32,000 bases of DNA, from assembly GCF_001481685.1 (NCBI RefSeq), contig NZ_CP006867.1, positions 780,001-812,000 on the forward strand, given 5' to 3'. This stretch comes from Ignicoccus islandicus DSM 13165. GTDB taxonomy: Archaea > Thermoproteota > Thermoprotei_A > Sulfolobales > Ignicoccaceae. The position numbers were made by a program, and so were the translations under genes. Of the stretch, positions 8,205 to 17,231 are shown in pieces. How positions within the stretch are numbered: position 1 is the first letter of the stretch; each line of letters starts with the position of its first letter. The notes under the pieces were generated by a model. That model had not been told where the DNA came from. It saw only the letters and a list, made by a program, of their open reading frames with translations, and did no database searches.

Positions 8205-9890
8205 TTAGAATTCAGGGGGATTGAACTTGCTTCCCCCTTCCTCTTCTTCGCCCTCTTCGCCTTCCTTCTTGCCCTTCTTGCCCTCCTTAGGCGGAGCTGC
8301 GGCGATTACGTCGTCGATCTTTAGTAGTGCGTTAGCAGCCTCGGTCGCGCTCTTGAGTACTTGCTCCCTCACCCTGACGGGCTCCATTACTCCTATCTTG
8401 GTCATGTCTTCCTCTACCTTACCCTCGAGCACGTTGACGCCAGCCCAAGTCTTGCCCTCTCTGTGGAGCCTCCTGAGCTCCATTAGGGTCTCTAGAGTAT
8501 CCATACCGGCAGTATCTGCGAGAACTACTGGTATCTCCTCGAGCGCTTCCGCGTAGGCTTCGATGGCTAGCTGCTCCTTACCGCCGACGGTGGTGGCATA
8601 CTTCCTTAGTCTTTCCGCTAGCTCTACTTCTACGGCACCGCCTCCTCCCACGATCTTGGGCTTTAGGAATATGTTCCTTATGACGTGGAGAGCATCGGTT
8701 ATGTTCCTCTCGGCCTCGTCTAGGGCCATGTCGCTAGCGCCTCTTAGTAGTATGGTCACGGCCTTCGGGTTCTTGCATCCCTCTACGAAGACCATCTTTT
8801 CCTTACCGACTCTCCTCTCCTCTACTAGCTCGGCTTCGCCGAGCGCGTCGGCGCTTAGGTCCTTCAAGCTAGTTACTATCCTGGCTCCGGTGGCCTTGGC
8901 TAGCTTCTCCATATCGCTCCTCTTTACTCTCCTTACCGCTAGGATGCCCTTCTTAGCTAGGAAGTGAGCGGCCACGTCGTCGATGCCCTTCTGCACGAAT
9001 ACGACGTTGGCTCCTACTTCAGCGATCTTGTCCACCATCTCCTTGAGTATCTTAGTTTGTTCCTCGAGGAAGGCCTCTATTTGCCTGGGGTCGGTGATGT
9101 TTATCTTGGCGGTGATGTCAGGCTTCTCTACCTCTAGTGGCGTGTCTAGCAACAATATCTTCGCATTTTCCACTCTCTTGGGCATACCGGGGTGTACTAC
9201 TTCCTTGTCTAGTACGATGCCCTTTACCAGTTGGCTGTCTAGCAAGCTTCCGCCCTTCTTCTTTTCGATCTTTATGTCATCCAAGCTCATCTTTAAGGTT
9301 CCGTCAGGCTGTTCTTCGGCGACGGTGTAAGCAGCTTCAATTATCATCTCCAATAGCTTGTTCTTAATCTCCTCGGCCTCTTGACCTAGGAACTTGCTGC
9401 TTAGGCTGGTTGCCACTAGCTTCTTGATGTAATCTTTGTCCTTCGGGTCTATCTTGACTGCAATGGAGTCGAGTTCCTCTAACGCTTTCTCCATAGCCTT
9501 CTTGTAACCTTCGATTATTATGCTGGGGTGTATGTTCTGATCTAGTAAGGGTTCGGCCTTTTCAAGTAGGGTTCCAGCGAGTACGACCACGCTGGTAGTA
9601 CCGTCTCCCACTTCGGTGTCTTGCGCCTTGGCCGTTTCAACTATTAACTTGGCGGCAGGGTGTTGGACATCCATTTCCTTGAGTATGGTAACACCGTCGT
9701 TGGTGACGGTGATGTCACCGAAGCTGTCAACTATCATTTTGTCCATTCCTCTCGGTCCCAAGCTAGTCTTCAACACTTCGGCAATGATCCTGGCAGCTAG
9801 TATGTTGCTCCTTAGAGCTTCCCTACCGTAAGTTCTGCTTGCACCCTCCTTGAGTATCAGTACGGGTACTCCGGTTGCCATCGCGTTCAC
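8205..9890 (-). CDS. thsA: Thermosome subunit (group II chaperonin)
   Basis: 561 aa; [44 protein letters not shown] and [17 protein letters not shown]. Confidence 0.97.
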   Translation of the reverse strand: MNAMATGVPVLILKEGASRTYGREALRSNILAARIIAEVLKTSLGPRGMDKMIVDSFGDITVTNDGVTILKEMDVQHPAAKLIVETAKAQDTEVGDGTTSVVVLAGTLLEKAEPLLDQNIHPSIIIEGYKKAMEKALEELDSIAVKIDPKDKDYIKKLVATSLSSKFLGQEAEEIKNKLLEMIIEAAYTVAEEQPDGTLKMSLDDIKIEKKKGGSLLDSQLVKGIVLDKEVVHPGMPKRVENAKILLLDTPLEVEKPDITAKINITDPRQIEAFLEEQTKILKEMVDKIAEVGANVVFVQKGIDDVAAHFLAKKGILAVRRVKRSDMEKLAKATGARIVTSLKDLSADALGEAELVEERRVGKEKMVFVEGCKNPKAVTILLRGASDMALDEAERNITDALHVIRNIFLKPKIVGGGGAVEVELAERLRKYATTVGGKEQLAIEAYAEALEEIPVVLADTAGMDTLETLMELRRLHREGKTWAGVNVLEGKVEEDMTKIGVMEPVRVREQVLKSATEAANALLKIDDVIAAAPPKEGKKGKKEGEEGEEEEGGSKFNPPEF

Positions 9891-9917
9891 CCACCGTGAA
9901 AGGGGTATTCACCGGTT

Positions 9918-9927
9918 CTATATAAGT
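9918..9927 (-). promoter_or_regulatory. Putative TATA box for the thermosome gene
   Basis: Minus-strand ACTTATATAG lies about 30 nt upstream of the ATG at 9890. Confidence 0.6.
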
Positions 9928-9998
9928 TTTTCCTAAGGTTCGGTATCGTTTTCCAAAGAGTAACGTTTAAATGCAATGATTTCGGAACTGACCGATAG

Positions 9999-10823
9999 GT
10001 GAACGTTCTCTTGAATCAACTATACCGATACCTCTTCTATTTGTTCGCTTTCAGTATCGTTGAATATATTGCTTTGCTTTACTTAAGCGATCCAACATCG
10101 TTTAAGCTTCTTGCAACAGCATATATGTGGACACCGGCGATTTCGGCGATCTTAGCTATGCACGGCGTTAAATGGATAAGACCTCTGTTACTAAGAAAGA
10201 ACGTTCGCTACTTAGCTACCTCCTTGGCTATTTCAATTGCGCTACCGTTATTCCATTTAGCTCTAACCTATTTGGTTTTCTCGGCCTATTGGATTGAACC
10301 CACAACAGCATTGTTCATATTGAAAGGCAAAAGCGTTAGTTTACCACAGCTTTTGTTATTGGGAATAATTGCTGGTATGTCAGCTAACGCTATCGTGGCC
10401 CTAGGCGAAGAAATAGGATGGAGGGGATTTATGTATCGGGAGTTAAAGGATATTGGGAGAACTAAAGCGGCAATAATAATAGGAGTAACATGGGCCCTAT
10501 GGCATTGGCCCTTGATAGCGTACGGTTACAATTTCCCAGACAGTAAGTTACTTGGGCTGTTACCTTTTGCAGTAACTTTAATACCGTTAACGTACTTAAT
10601 GCTCTTGATTACTGAATTAGGAGGGATAGTGCCTAACGCCGTTTTGCATGGTGTGATAAATGCTATTTTACCACTAGAATACGTTGCGTTAACGAGCGTT
10701 CCAGACGTGCTAAGACCCCCAGCGGGTTTAGGAGGAGCAATACCTTGGTTTGTCGCAATCGTTCTAGTAAAGGCCTTCAGTAGACTTTCGAGCCGGGCTT
10801 CACCTCTTCAACGGGTGCAATGA
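9999..10823 (+). CDS. CPBP family intramembrane glutamic endopeptidase (Abi/CaaX protease-like)
   Basis: 274 aa multi-TM protein with GEEIGWRGFMYRELK, WALWHWPLI and ..VLHGVINAI motifs. Confidence 0.87.
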   Translation: MNVLLNQLYRYLFYLFAFSIVEYIALLYLSDPTSFKLLATAYMWTPAISAILAMHGVKWIRPLLLRKNVRYLATSLAISIALPLFHLALTYLVFSAYWIEPTTALFILKGKSVSLPQLLLLGIIAGMSANAIVALGEEIGWRGFMYRELKDIGRTKAAIIIGVTWALWHWPLIAYGYNFPDSKLLGLLPFAVTLIPLTYLMLLITELGGIVPNAVLHGVINAILPLEYVALTSVPDVLRPPAGLGGAIPWFVAIVLVKAFSRLSSRASPLQRVQ

Positions 10824-11121
10824 ATACAGGCTTGCTACCCTCTTCTTCCTCAGCCATCAAAACCATTCCTTGAGATTCGAGATTAGCCATCTTCTTGGGC
10901 TTCAAGTTAGCAACGACCACTACAGTCCTACCGATTAATTCTTCCGGTTTATACCATTTCTTTATACCACTTAGAATTTGTCTCTTCCCAAGCGGTCCGA
11001 GGTCCACCACCAACTTTAACAGCTTCCTTGAATTGGGAACGTCCTCTGCTTCCACTATCTTACCTACCCTCAAATCAATTTTCGAGAAGGTCTCGAAGTC
11101 TACGTACTCCATTACGAACAC
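10777..11121 (-). CDS. metG-beta: tRNA-binding domain protein / methionine-tRNA ligase beta subunit
   Basis: VDFETFSKIDLRVGKIVEAEDVPNSRKLLKLVVDLG...RQILSGIKKWYKPEELIGRTVVVVANLKPKKMANLESQGMVLMA. Confidence 0.92.
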   Translation of the reverse strand: MFVMEYVDFETFSKIDLRVGKIVEAEDVPNSRKLLKLVVDLGPLGKRQILSGIKKWYKPEELIGRTVVVVANLKPKKMANLESQGMVLMAEEEEGSKPVFIAPVEEVKPGSKVY

Positions 11122-11158
11122 CTAAAGGAATCACGCCGGACCACTCTTAAGCTATAGT

Positions 11159-11170
11159 CTATTTAAATAG
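11159..11170. promoter_or_regulatory. Perfectly palindromic TATA-like element CTATTTAAATAG in a divergent promoter region
   Basis: 12-bp palindrome in the metG-beta / octaheme cytochrome intergenic region, about 40 nt upstream of the metG-beta ATG. A second A/T box (GAATTTAAG, near 11201-11209) is better placed for the cytochrome gene. Confidence 0.4.
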
Positions 11171-11252
11171 AAAATTTTCGGCGGTAATGTTGCCCACATA
11201 GAATTTAAGGGTACAACCTCATCCCTACTACACGAGAAAAAGGTGAAATAAA

Positions 11253-13175
11253 GTGAGGCGCTTCTCCGCACTTCTGGCCGTATTGCTCTCCGCTGCCTTA
11301 CTCGTTAGCGCCAGTGGATTAGCTACTCCGGAGAAGCTACAGCAACTAGAGGCCTCTGGGAAAGTGAGCCCACAGACGCAAGCGTGTCTAGCGTGCCACA
11401 TGAAGGTAACTCCCGGCATTGTAATGGACTGGCTCAACAGCGACCACGCCACTCACACGCCACCGCAAGTGCAAGAGATATATGATGCCATACAAGCCGG
11501 CCCTCAACCAATCGCCGAGAAGTTCAAGAACTATCCCTACGTAGTCGGTTGCTATGAATGCCACGGTATGTTCAAGGAACAGGACAGAGTTGACGTGGTC
11601 AACCACTTTGGCTTCAAGATAGTCAGCATCGTAACCTTAAAGGACTGTAGCCAGTGCCACCCCAAGGAAGCCAAGGAAATAAGCTGGACTTGGCACGGAT
11701 TCGGTGCACTTAACACTAACCTAAGTCCATGGTACAAGAAGATAGTCGCTTATGCCAAGGAACATGGAGAAACCGAGGAAATGCTACCTCCAGTATTCAC
11801 CAAGCTTCACAAGGACCTAATAACTTGGGACTGGTACAAGGAGTACGCTAAGGCGCTCTTCAACTACCTAAACGGCAAGCCAGTTGACGAGAAGTGGCTT
11901 AACTACATCAAGACTTTCGGCACCGTCTATGACTATGACTTCAAGAGGATAATCAGCCCACTCTACCCAGCTAGCGGCGGTCTAGCCACCAAGGTCGGTG
12001 AGAGAGTAGGCTACGAACCAGAGATAGGAGCCATGTGTGGCGTCGGCAAGTGGAAGTTCCAAACCAAGATAAAGAACATTATGGAACACCCAATGTATAA
12101 GAACGCTTACACCTACCACGCTTGTTACGAGTGCCACGGCACCCTCGTAGTACCTTACAAGATGGAGACCACCGTAATAAAGGGCTTCCCAGTCACTAGG
12201 ATGGTATACTGGGGCTGGCCTAGCAACGGCGCTGGAAGAGTTGATCCCGACGGAAGCATAGGCACTTGTACTGCTTGCCACCCCAGGCACAGCTTCAGCG
12301 TTGCCCAGGCCAGAGAGCCTTGGACTTGCGGTCAGTGTCACATAGGTTACGACCACCCGCACATTGAGATCTACGAAGAGAGCAAGCACGGTAACATATT
12401 CGATGCTAACAAGGAGAAGTGGAACATGGAAGCCCTACCTTGGAAGCTAGGCACCGACTTTAACGCACCAACTTGTGCCACTTGCCACATGAGCACCATA
12501 GCCAGCCCAGACGGAAAGACCATACTAGTGAAGGGTACTCACGACCTAAGAGCCAGGCTAGTATGGGACCAGATGCACTTCTTCGGCTACCCGAAGGCCG
12601 ACTACCCTGACAACGTACAGCTAGCGGTGATGATGGGCGTCAAGGTGCTAACTGGCGAGAACATTGAGAAGGCCGTAAGCGGTGACTTCAAGGTAATACC
12701 CGGACCTAAGGCCGGCGAGCTAGCGTTCCCGAGAGTTGCCACCATCCAATTCAGCGGCGAGCTAGCTAAGAAGAGGGCTGCTATGGAGCAAGTATGTGAG
12801 CTATGTCACAGCACTCAGTGGACCAAGAACTTCTTCATGACTGCCGACCAGAACATCATAGACTACGACATAGTAGCTCACTACGCCTTCAACTTACTGA
12901 AGAAGGCGTGGGCTGAAGGAATACACGACCCCAGCAACAAGCTAGACGAGTTCATGGAGGTAATGTGGTACTACATCTGGCACCACCAGGGCAGGAGATG
13001 GAGGAACGGTGCCTTCATGATGGGTCCCGACTTCGCTCACTGGTTCGGTATAGTTGACACCGTAATGGAGGCCCTTAACAAGATGATCAGCTACTACGAG
13101 ATGGCTAAGAACGTCAAGCAACTACAAGCAGAAGTACAACAACTAAAGCAACAGATCCAAACTCTAGCTAAGTAA
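11253..13175 (+). CDS. Secreted octaheme c-type cytochrome, hydroxylamine oxidoreductase (HAO)-like family
   Basis: Signal peptide MRRFSALLAVLLSAALLVSASG; eight CxxCH motifs (CLACH, CYECH, CSQCH, CYECH, CTACH, CGQCH, CATCH, CELCH); SD AGGTGA before the GTG start. Confidence 0.88.
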   Translation: MRRFSALLAVLLSAALLVSASGLATPEKLQQLEASGKVSPQTQACLACHMKVTPGIVMDWLNSDHATHTPPQVQEIYDAIQAGPQPIAEKFKNYPYVVGCYECHGMFKEQDRVDVVNHFGFKIVSIVTLKDCSQCHPKEAKEISWTWHGFGALNTNLSPWYKKIVAYAKEHGETEEMLPPVFTKLHKDLITWDWYKEYAKALFNYLNGKPVDEKWLNYIKTFGTVYDYDFKRIISPLYPASGGLATKVGERVGYEPEIGAMCGVGKWKFQTKIKNIMEHPMYKNAYTYHACYECHGTLVVPYKMETTVIKGFPVTRMVYWGWPSNGAGRVDPDGSIGTCTACHPRHSFSVAQAREPWTCGQCHIGYDHPHIEIYEESKHGNIFDANKEKWNMEALPWKLGTDFNAPTCATCHMSTIASPDGKTILVKGTHDLRARLVWDQMHFFGYPKADYPDNVQLAVMMGVKVLTGENIEKAVSGDFKVIPGPKAGELAFPRVATIQFSGELAKKRAAMEQVCELCHSTQWTKNFFMTADQNIIDYDIVAHYAFNLLKKAWAEGIHDPSNKLDEFMEVMWYYIWHHQGRRWRNGAFMMGPDFAHWFGIVDTVMEALNKMISYYEMAKNVKQLQAEVQQLKQQIQTLAK

Positions 13176-13208
13176 CTTAACCAACGCTAATTGGGTCCTC
13201 AAAAAGCA

Positions 13209-13222
13209 AGTTCGTTTTTTAC
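13209..13222 (+). terminator. T-rich putative terminator of the cytochrome gene
   Basis: CGTTTTTTACTTATTC follows the stop at 13175 by about 35 nt. The T-tract overlaps the 3' end of the convergent gene. Confidence 0.35.
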
Positions 13223-15156
13223 TTATTCTTAATCAAATACTTCCACGCCTTCTCCGCTAATTCTTGTACCTTTTCCTTGTGCGGTTTAGTCGGTCTCTTC
13301 CACGCCTTCGGATCGTTGTACAAAAGAGATCCAATGAGTTTATCCGCTACTACGTCCGCTGACGGACATAGATACATGCAGAGCCTACATCTCTCGCATT
13401 TATCGGGTTCAACTAGCACGGGCTTGGTTTCGTTCCCTTCGGGAACTACCTCTATAGCTCCAGTAGGGCACCACGTCTCACAGATCTTGCAACCGGCGCA
13501 TGCGTTAGTTGCGTGAATTACCCTTATAGCTTCGAAGACCTCTTCCTTATCTTTCGACTTAACTATCACTTCACCCTCATTGAAGATGTAGATGCCCTTT
13601 GGCCCCTTCACAATATTTCCTTTCACTTCATGACCTAGGATTCCGGCTAGTCCTAAGGCTCTCCGTTTATTGTACTTTATTTTGACCCTATACGCTCCAT
13701 CCCCTTCCTCAAGTCCTTCGAAGACGACTCTAGTTTGCCTGCGTTCGTATTCCCTTCTCCAATCAACTTCGTCTTTATCTCTCGACGCCATGACTTGCTT
13801 CGGGTGTTCGGGCGCTAACCACTTCCATCCTCCCTTGCTCCACCACTTCCCGTACCCCAACCTCTTTCTCCAATATTCTAGAACGTTCTCCCATTTCTCC
13901 CAGAGCTCGGGATGTAATTCCTTCAGTAGTTTGAATTCCCATTGCGTAGCTCCCGGGCACATGAAGCAACCTATCCTATCGAACCCCTCGAAGTAAAGCG
14001 GGTTCAAGGGAACGCCATTCCTTATAAGGTAAACGAACTCGAGTAATTGAGGCCACCTCAAGATTGGGTTTACTGATAACACTGTAGGCAAGTATTTCAT
14101 TTTCATTATGGGCTCGGCCCGAGCCCTCTCTAGGCTCTCCCACCATCTATTTCCGACCAAATTGATCGCGCTTCCAGTTTTCATCATGTACCTAGCTATG
14201 GGCCCAAATTTAGTTACTTTACAACACCATCTGAAGTCCCTGGCCGGCGGGGAAAACATTCGAACTGCTCTCCAGAACGCATCTCCGGCTGAGACGACCT
14301 CTAGTTGGTACCCGAAGAACTCGCTTTCCTCCTCTACGGTCTTGACCGTTTCCGGCATTTCTAAGCCAGTATCGTTGAACAGCAGTACCACTTCCTTACT
14401 CGATACTCCTACGGGAGGATCCCTCTGCAGGGCCTCGTCTAGAAGGGAGACTACTAGAGCCGAATCCTTTCCACCGGAAAGCGACACGACTACCTTCTCG
14501 AAGTCGTCTGCCCTTAGTAACCCCCTATGAATCACTTGAACGCTCTCTTTAACGAGCTCTCTAATGAACTTTTCGTTCGCCTTGTAAACGTCTTCTAGCG
14601 TTTGTTTCCTCGTACTTAGTGCTCCTCTCCTAGGATGTTTCCAAACCTTATCTACCCTAAGTTTACCCTTTTTTGGAATAGCGATACCAATTACCTTACC
14701 TGACCTATCTAGCAACGCAACTTGCTCGTCTCCCGTACCTACTATCTCTCCTGGCTTCGGATTGTCTATAACCTTACTCCGAATCAAGTTGTTCTGAAGC
14801 GCCCTGACGGCTCCCAAGTAGCCTAGCCTAAGGTACCATCTCTCCATAAGCGGGTCGTATAGTATCCTAGCTAGTATGTCTCCATCTACTACTATCTGGT
14901 AAGCGTGGTCAATGTAAGACGTTTTGTTTAGGAAAGCCATCCTTCCCTCAGTGAGCCTAGTCCAAGCGCCTCTCCCAAGTTCCCTACCGAAAATTTCTTT
15001 TAGGTGCTTTACGTCTCCTTCCCACGCCGGCCTCAGGTCTCGTGGAAGGAATAAGTTGAGCCTAACGGCTCCCTTGCAATCGGACCTACGGAAAACAGGC
15101 ACGTTTAAGGAAGGGCACCAGTAAACCTCGAGTTCCCTTTTCCACTTCCTCTTCAC
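13219..15156 (-). CDS. PAPS reductase/ATP-pyrophosphatase domain protein fused to a C-terminal 2x[4Fe-4S] ferredoxin domain
   Basis: 645 aa; N-terminal WCPSLNVPVFRRSDC, PP-loop VVSLSGGKDSALVVSLLDEAL, CCKVTKFGP, RIGCFMCPG, C-terminal CAGCKICETWCPTG and CERCRLCMYLCPS. Confidence 0.88.
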   Translation of the reverse strand: MKRKWKRELEVYWCPSLNVPVFRRSDCKGAVRLNLFLPRDLRPAWEGDVKHLKEIFGRELGRGAWTRLTEGRMAFLNKTSYIDHAYQIVVDGDILARILYDPLMERWYLRLGYLGAVRALQNNLIRSKVIDNPKPGEIVGTGDEQVALLDRSGKVIGIAIPKKGKLRVDKVWKHPRRGALSTRKQTLEDVYKANEKFIRELVKESVQVIHRGLLRADDFEKVVVSLSGGKDSALVVSLLDEALQRDPPVGVSSKEVVLLFNDTGLEMPETVKTVEEESEFFGYQLEVVSAGDAFWRAVRMFSPPARDFRWCCKVTKFGPIARYMMKTGSAINLVGNRWWESLERARAEPIMKMKYLPTVLSVNPILRWPQLLEFVYLIRNGVPLNPLYFEGFDRIGCFMCPGATQWEFKLLKELHPELWEKWENVLEYWRKRLGYGKWWSKGGWKWLAPEHPKQVMASRDKDEVDWRREYERRQTRVVFEGLEEGDGAYRVKIKYNKRRALGLAGILGHEVKGNIVKGPKGIYIFNEGEVIVKSKDKEEVFEAIRVIHATNACAGCKICETWCPTGAIEVVPEGNETKPVLVEPDKCERCRLCMYLCPSADVVADKLIGSLLYNDPKAWKRPTKPHKEKVQELAEKAWKYLIKNK

Positions 15157-15198
15157 GTAGTTGCGACCCCCAATTAGCTGAGGAACGCATCTGAAAAG

Positions 15199-17199
15199 CT
15201 AAGCCCTTCGAAGCATTAGCGTGCCGTCTTCCAACGCCTTCGCGATCCAGCCGGATGGAACTAGGACGGTCGTGTCGTAATCCATTATTATCCCCGGTCC
15301 CCTTACCTCTCCCTTCCCGAACCTCTCGTACACGGTCGCTTCCTCGAACCCTCTTCCCATGAACCACGCCTCCGTCTTCCCTATTTCTAGAGGCTCCTTG
15401 TCGAATCCCTTCAAACCTACCTTGTTGACGTAGTGTATTGCTGTAACTCCAATATTCTCAACGACTATTGGAACGTCGAGTTTGAAACCATACCTTCTTT
15501 CATGCAGCTCCTCGAACCTCCTCGCGAGCTTCTCCGGTGAGTATGGCTTGTCCGCCTTCACTTCCAAGGTCCATCCTTGAGTGGAGTACCTCACGTCCGC
15601 CACTCTCTCGAAGCGGTCCACGCTCATACCGCTCAGCTCCATTCTCCTTCTAACAGCGGCTTCCAACTCAAGGAAATACGGTTCCAGGTCTTCCGTTACT
15701 TCCTTCACAACACTTCTAGTTATAGAGTATTTAACGTCGCTATTGAGCATACCGAAGGCAGTGAAAACGCCGGCACCCATGGGTACCAGTATTTCCTTAA
15801 TCCCGAACTGCTCCGCTAGTTCGGCCGCGTGGAGGGGACCCATGCCTCCGTAAGCTATTAGAATCAACTCGCTTGGATCGATGCCCCTTTCTATCGTAAC
15901 TATCCGGACGGCACGCCCCATTTCCTCAGTAATCGCTTCTATTACCGCTTCCGCCACCTCAATTGGATCGGAACCAAGCTCCTTGGATAGCTTCTCGAAG
16001 GCCTTCAAAGCCAAGTCCTTCCTTAATTTCAACCCAGAAGGTAACCTCTCGGGCAATCTCCCGAGAACCAAGTTCGCGTCAGTTACTGTAGGTTCCTCTC
16101 CCCCAAGGCCGTAACACGCGGGCCCGGGGTTGGCTCCAGCCGAGATCGGCCCTACCCTTAATATTCCGTTTTCCGACCACGCTATCGTGCCTCCGCCAGC
16201 AGATACCTCGGCCAGGTCGATGAATGGGTATCTAACGGGATAACCTGAACCCTTAACGAGCCTACCCGCGTGAACCTCCCCACCGACCTCGTATTCCCGA
16301 GTTAAGACGGGCTCCCCATTGATGACTACTGCTGCCTTAGCGGTAGTTCCGCCCATATCGAAGGCTAGGGCCTCCTTTACGCCCAACTTCTTCGCATAGT
16401 ACGCAGCGCCAACGGCACCTCCAGCGGGTCCGCTCTCAATTAGTTGAGCCGGTCTACTCATTGCCTCTTCTATCGTCACCAGTCCTCCTGAGGAGGCTAC
16501 TACGAAGAGAGGAGCTTCAATGCCCTTACTCTTGAGCGCTTCCACTAGCCTCAAGAGGTAGCTAGACACTAGCGGCTTTAGTGCGGCATTGACTATAGTC
16601 GTTGAGAACCTCTCGTATTCCCTCCTTTCCATTGTAGACTCGTGTGAAGCAACTACATCGAAACCTAACCTCTCTAAGATCTCCTTCGCTTTAATCTCGT
16701 TTACGGGGTTCGCGTAACTGTGAAGGAAGCAAACTGCAACGATACCTCTTAAATTAGGGGCTATTCGAAGTAGTTCGCTAACGTCTAAAGGTTCGATTAC
16801 TTCTCCTTTGAAGTTCACCCTTTCCTTGACGCCGAACCTCAGTTCCGGGGGAACCAGTGGTTTCGGTTTCTTGCCAGTGAAGTCGTAGAGGTTTGGTCTC
16901 TTTTGCCTTTGGATTTCAATTATGTCTTCCATACCCTTGGTCGTAACTAGGCTTACCTCTGCTAACTTCAAGTGCTTTTGACCTAGAAATGCGTTCGTTG
17001 CAATAGTGGTAGCATGAATTACTAAATCAACTTCTTGAGGCCTTACGCCCCTTTCGAGGAATTCGTCTATTGCATTGAGGACCCCTATTTCGGGGGATTG
17101 GGGGGTTGAGAGTACCTTTACTCTCGCGGACTCCCCCTTCCTACTTACTGCATAAAGATCTGTGAACGTGCCGCCTACGTCTACTGCCACTTTCCACAA
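15199..17199 (-). CDS. hyuA: Hydantoinase/oxoprolinase family protein (HyuA-like subunit)
   Basis: 666 aa; WKVAVDVGGTFTDLYAV, VVASSGGLVTIEEAMSRPAQLIESGPAGGAVGA, ALAFDMGGTTAKAAVV and GGMGPLHAAELAEQFGI. Confidence 0.93.
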   Translation of the reverse strand: MWKVAVDVGGTFTDLYAVSRKGESARVKVLSTPQSPEIGVLNAIDEFLERGVRPQEVDLVIHATTIATNAFLGQKHLKLAEVSLVTTKGMEDIIEIQRQKRPNLYDFTGKKPKPLVPPELRFGVKERVNFKGEVIEPLDVSELLRIAPNLRGIVAVCFLHSYANPVNEIKAKEILERLGFDVVASHESTMERREYERFSTTIVNAALKPLVSSYLLRLVEALKSKGIEAPLFVVASSGGLVTIEEAMSRPAQLIESGPAGGAVGAAYYAKKLGVKEALAFDMGGTTAKAAVVINGEPVLTREYEVGGEVHAGRLVKGSGYPVRYPFIDLAEVSAGGGTIAWSENGILRVGPISAGANPGPACYGLGGEEPTVTDANLVLGRLPERLPSGLKLRKDLALKAFEKLSKELGSDPIEVAEAVIEAITEEMGRAVRIVTIERGIDPSELILIAYGGMGPLHAAELAEQFGIKEILVPMGAGVFTAFGMLNSDVKYSITRSVVKEVTEDLEPYFLELEAAVRRRMELSGMSVDRFERVADVRYSTQGWTLEVKADKPYSPEKLARRFEELHERRYGFKLDVPIVVENIGVTAIHYVNKVGLKGFDKEPLEIGKTEAWFMGRGFEEATVYERFGKGEVRGPGIIMDYDTTVLVPSGWIAKALEDGTLMLRRA

Positions 17200-17231
17200 A
17201 AACCATCCTATCCCGTCTTTCCAGGCAAACC

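Noticed and set aside
8221-9831. Five plus-strand ORFs opposite the thermosome gene
   Set aside because: Low-complexity Ser/Leu-rich antisense shadows of a highly conserved gene.
9999-10823. CPBP/Abi protease as evidence for an abortive-infection system
   Set aside because: CPBP proteases are common in archaea, and no toxin, antitoxin or phage-related partner is adjacent.
11388-12389. Antisense ORFs of 72, 61 and 135 aa within the octaheme cytochrome gene
   Set aside because: They lie opposite a strongly supported gene and have no recognisable domain. They arise from biased codon usage.
15086-15367. 93-aa minus ORF across the PP-loop / hyuA junction
   Set aside because: Overlaps both flanking coding sequences in another frame with low-complexity composition.
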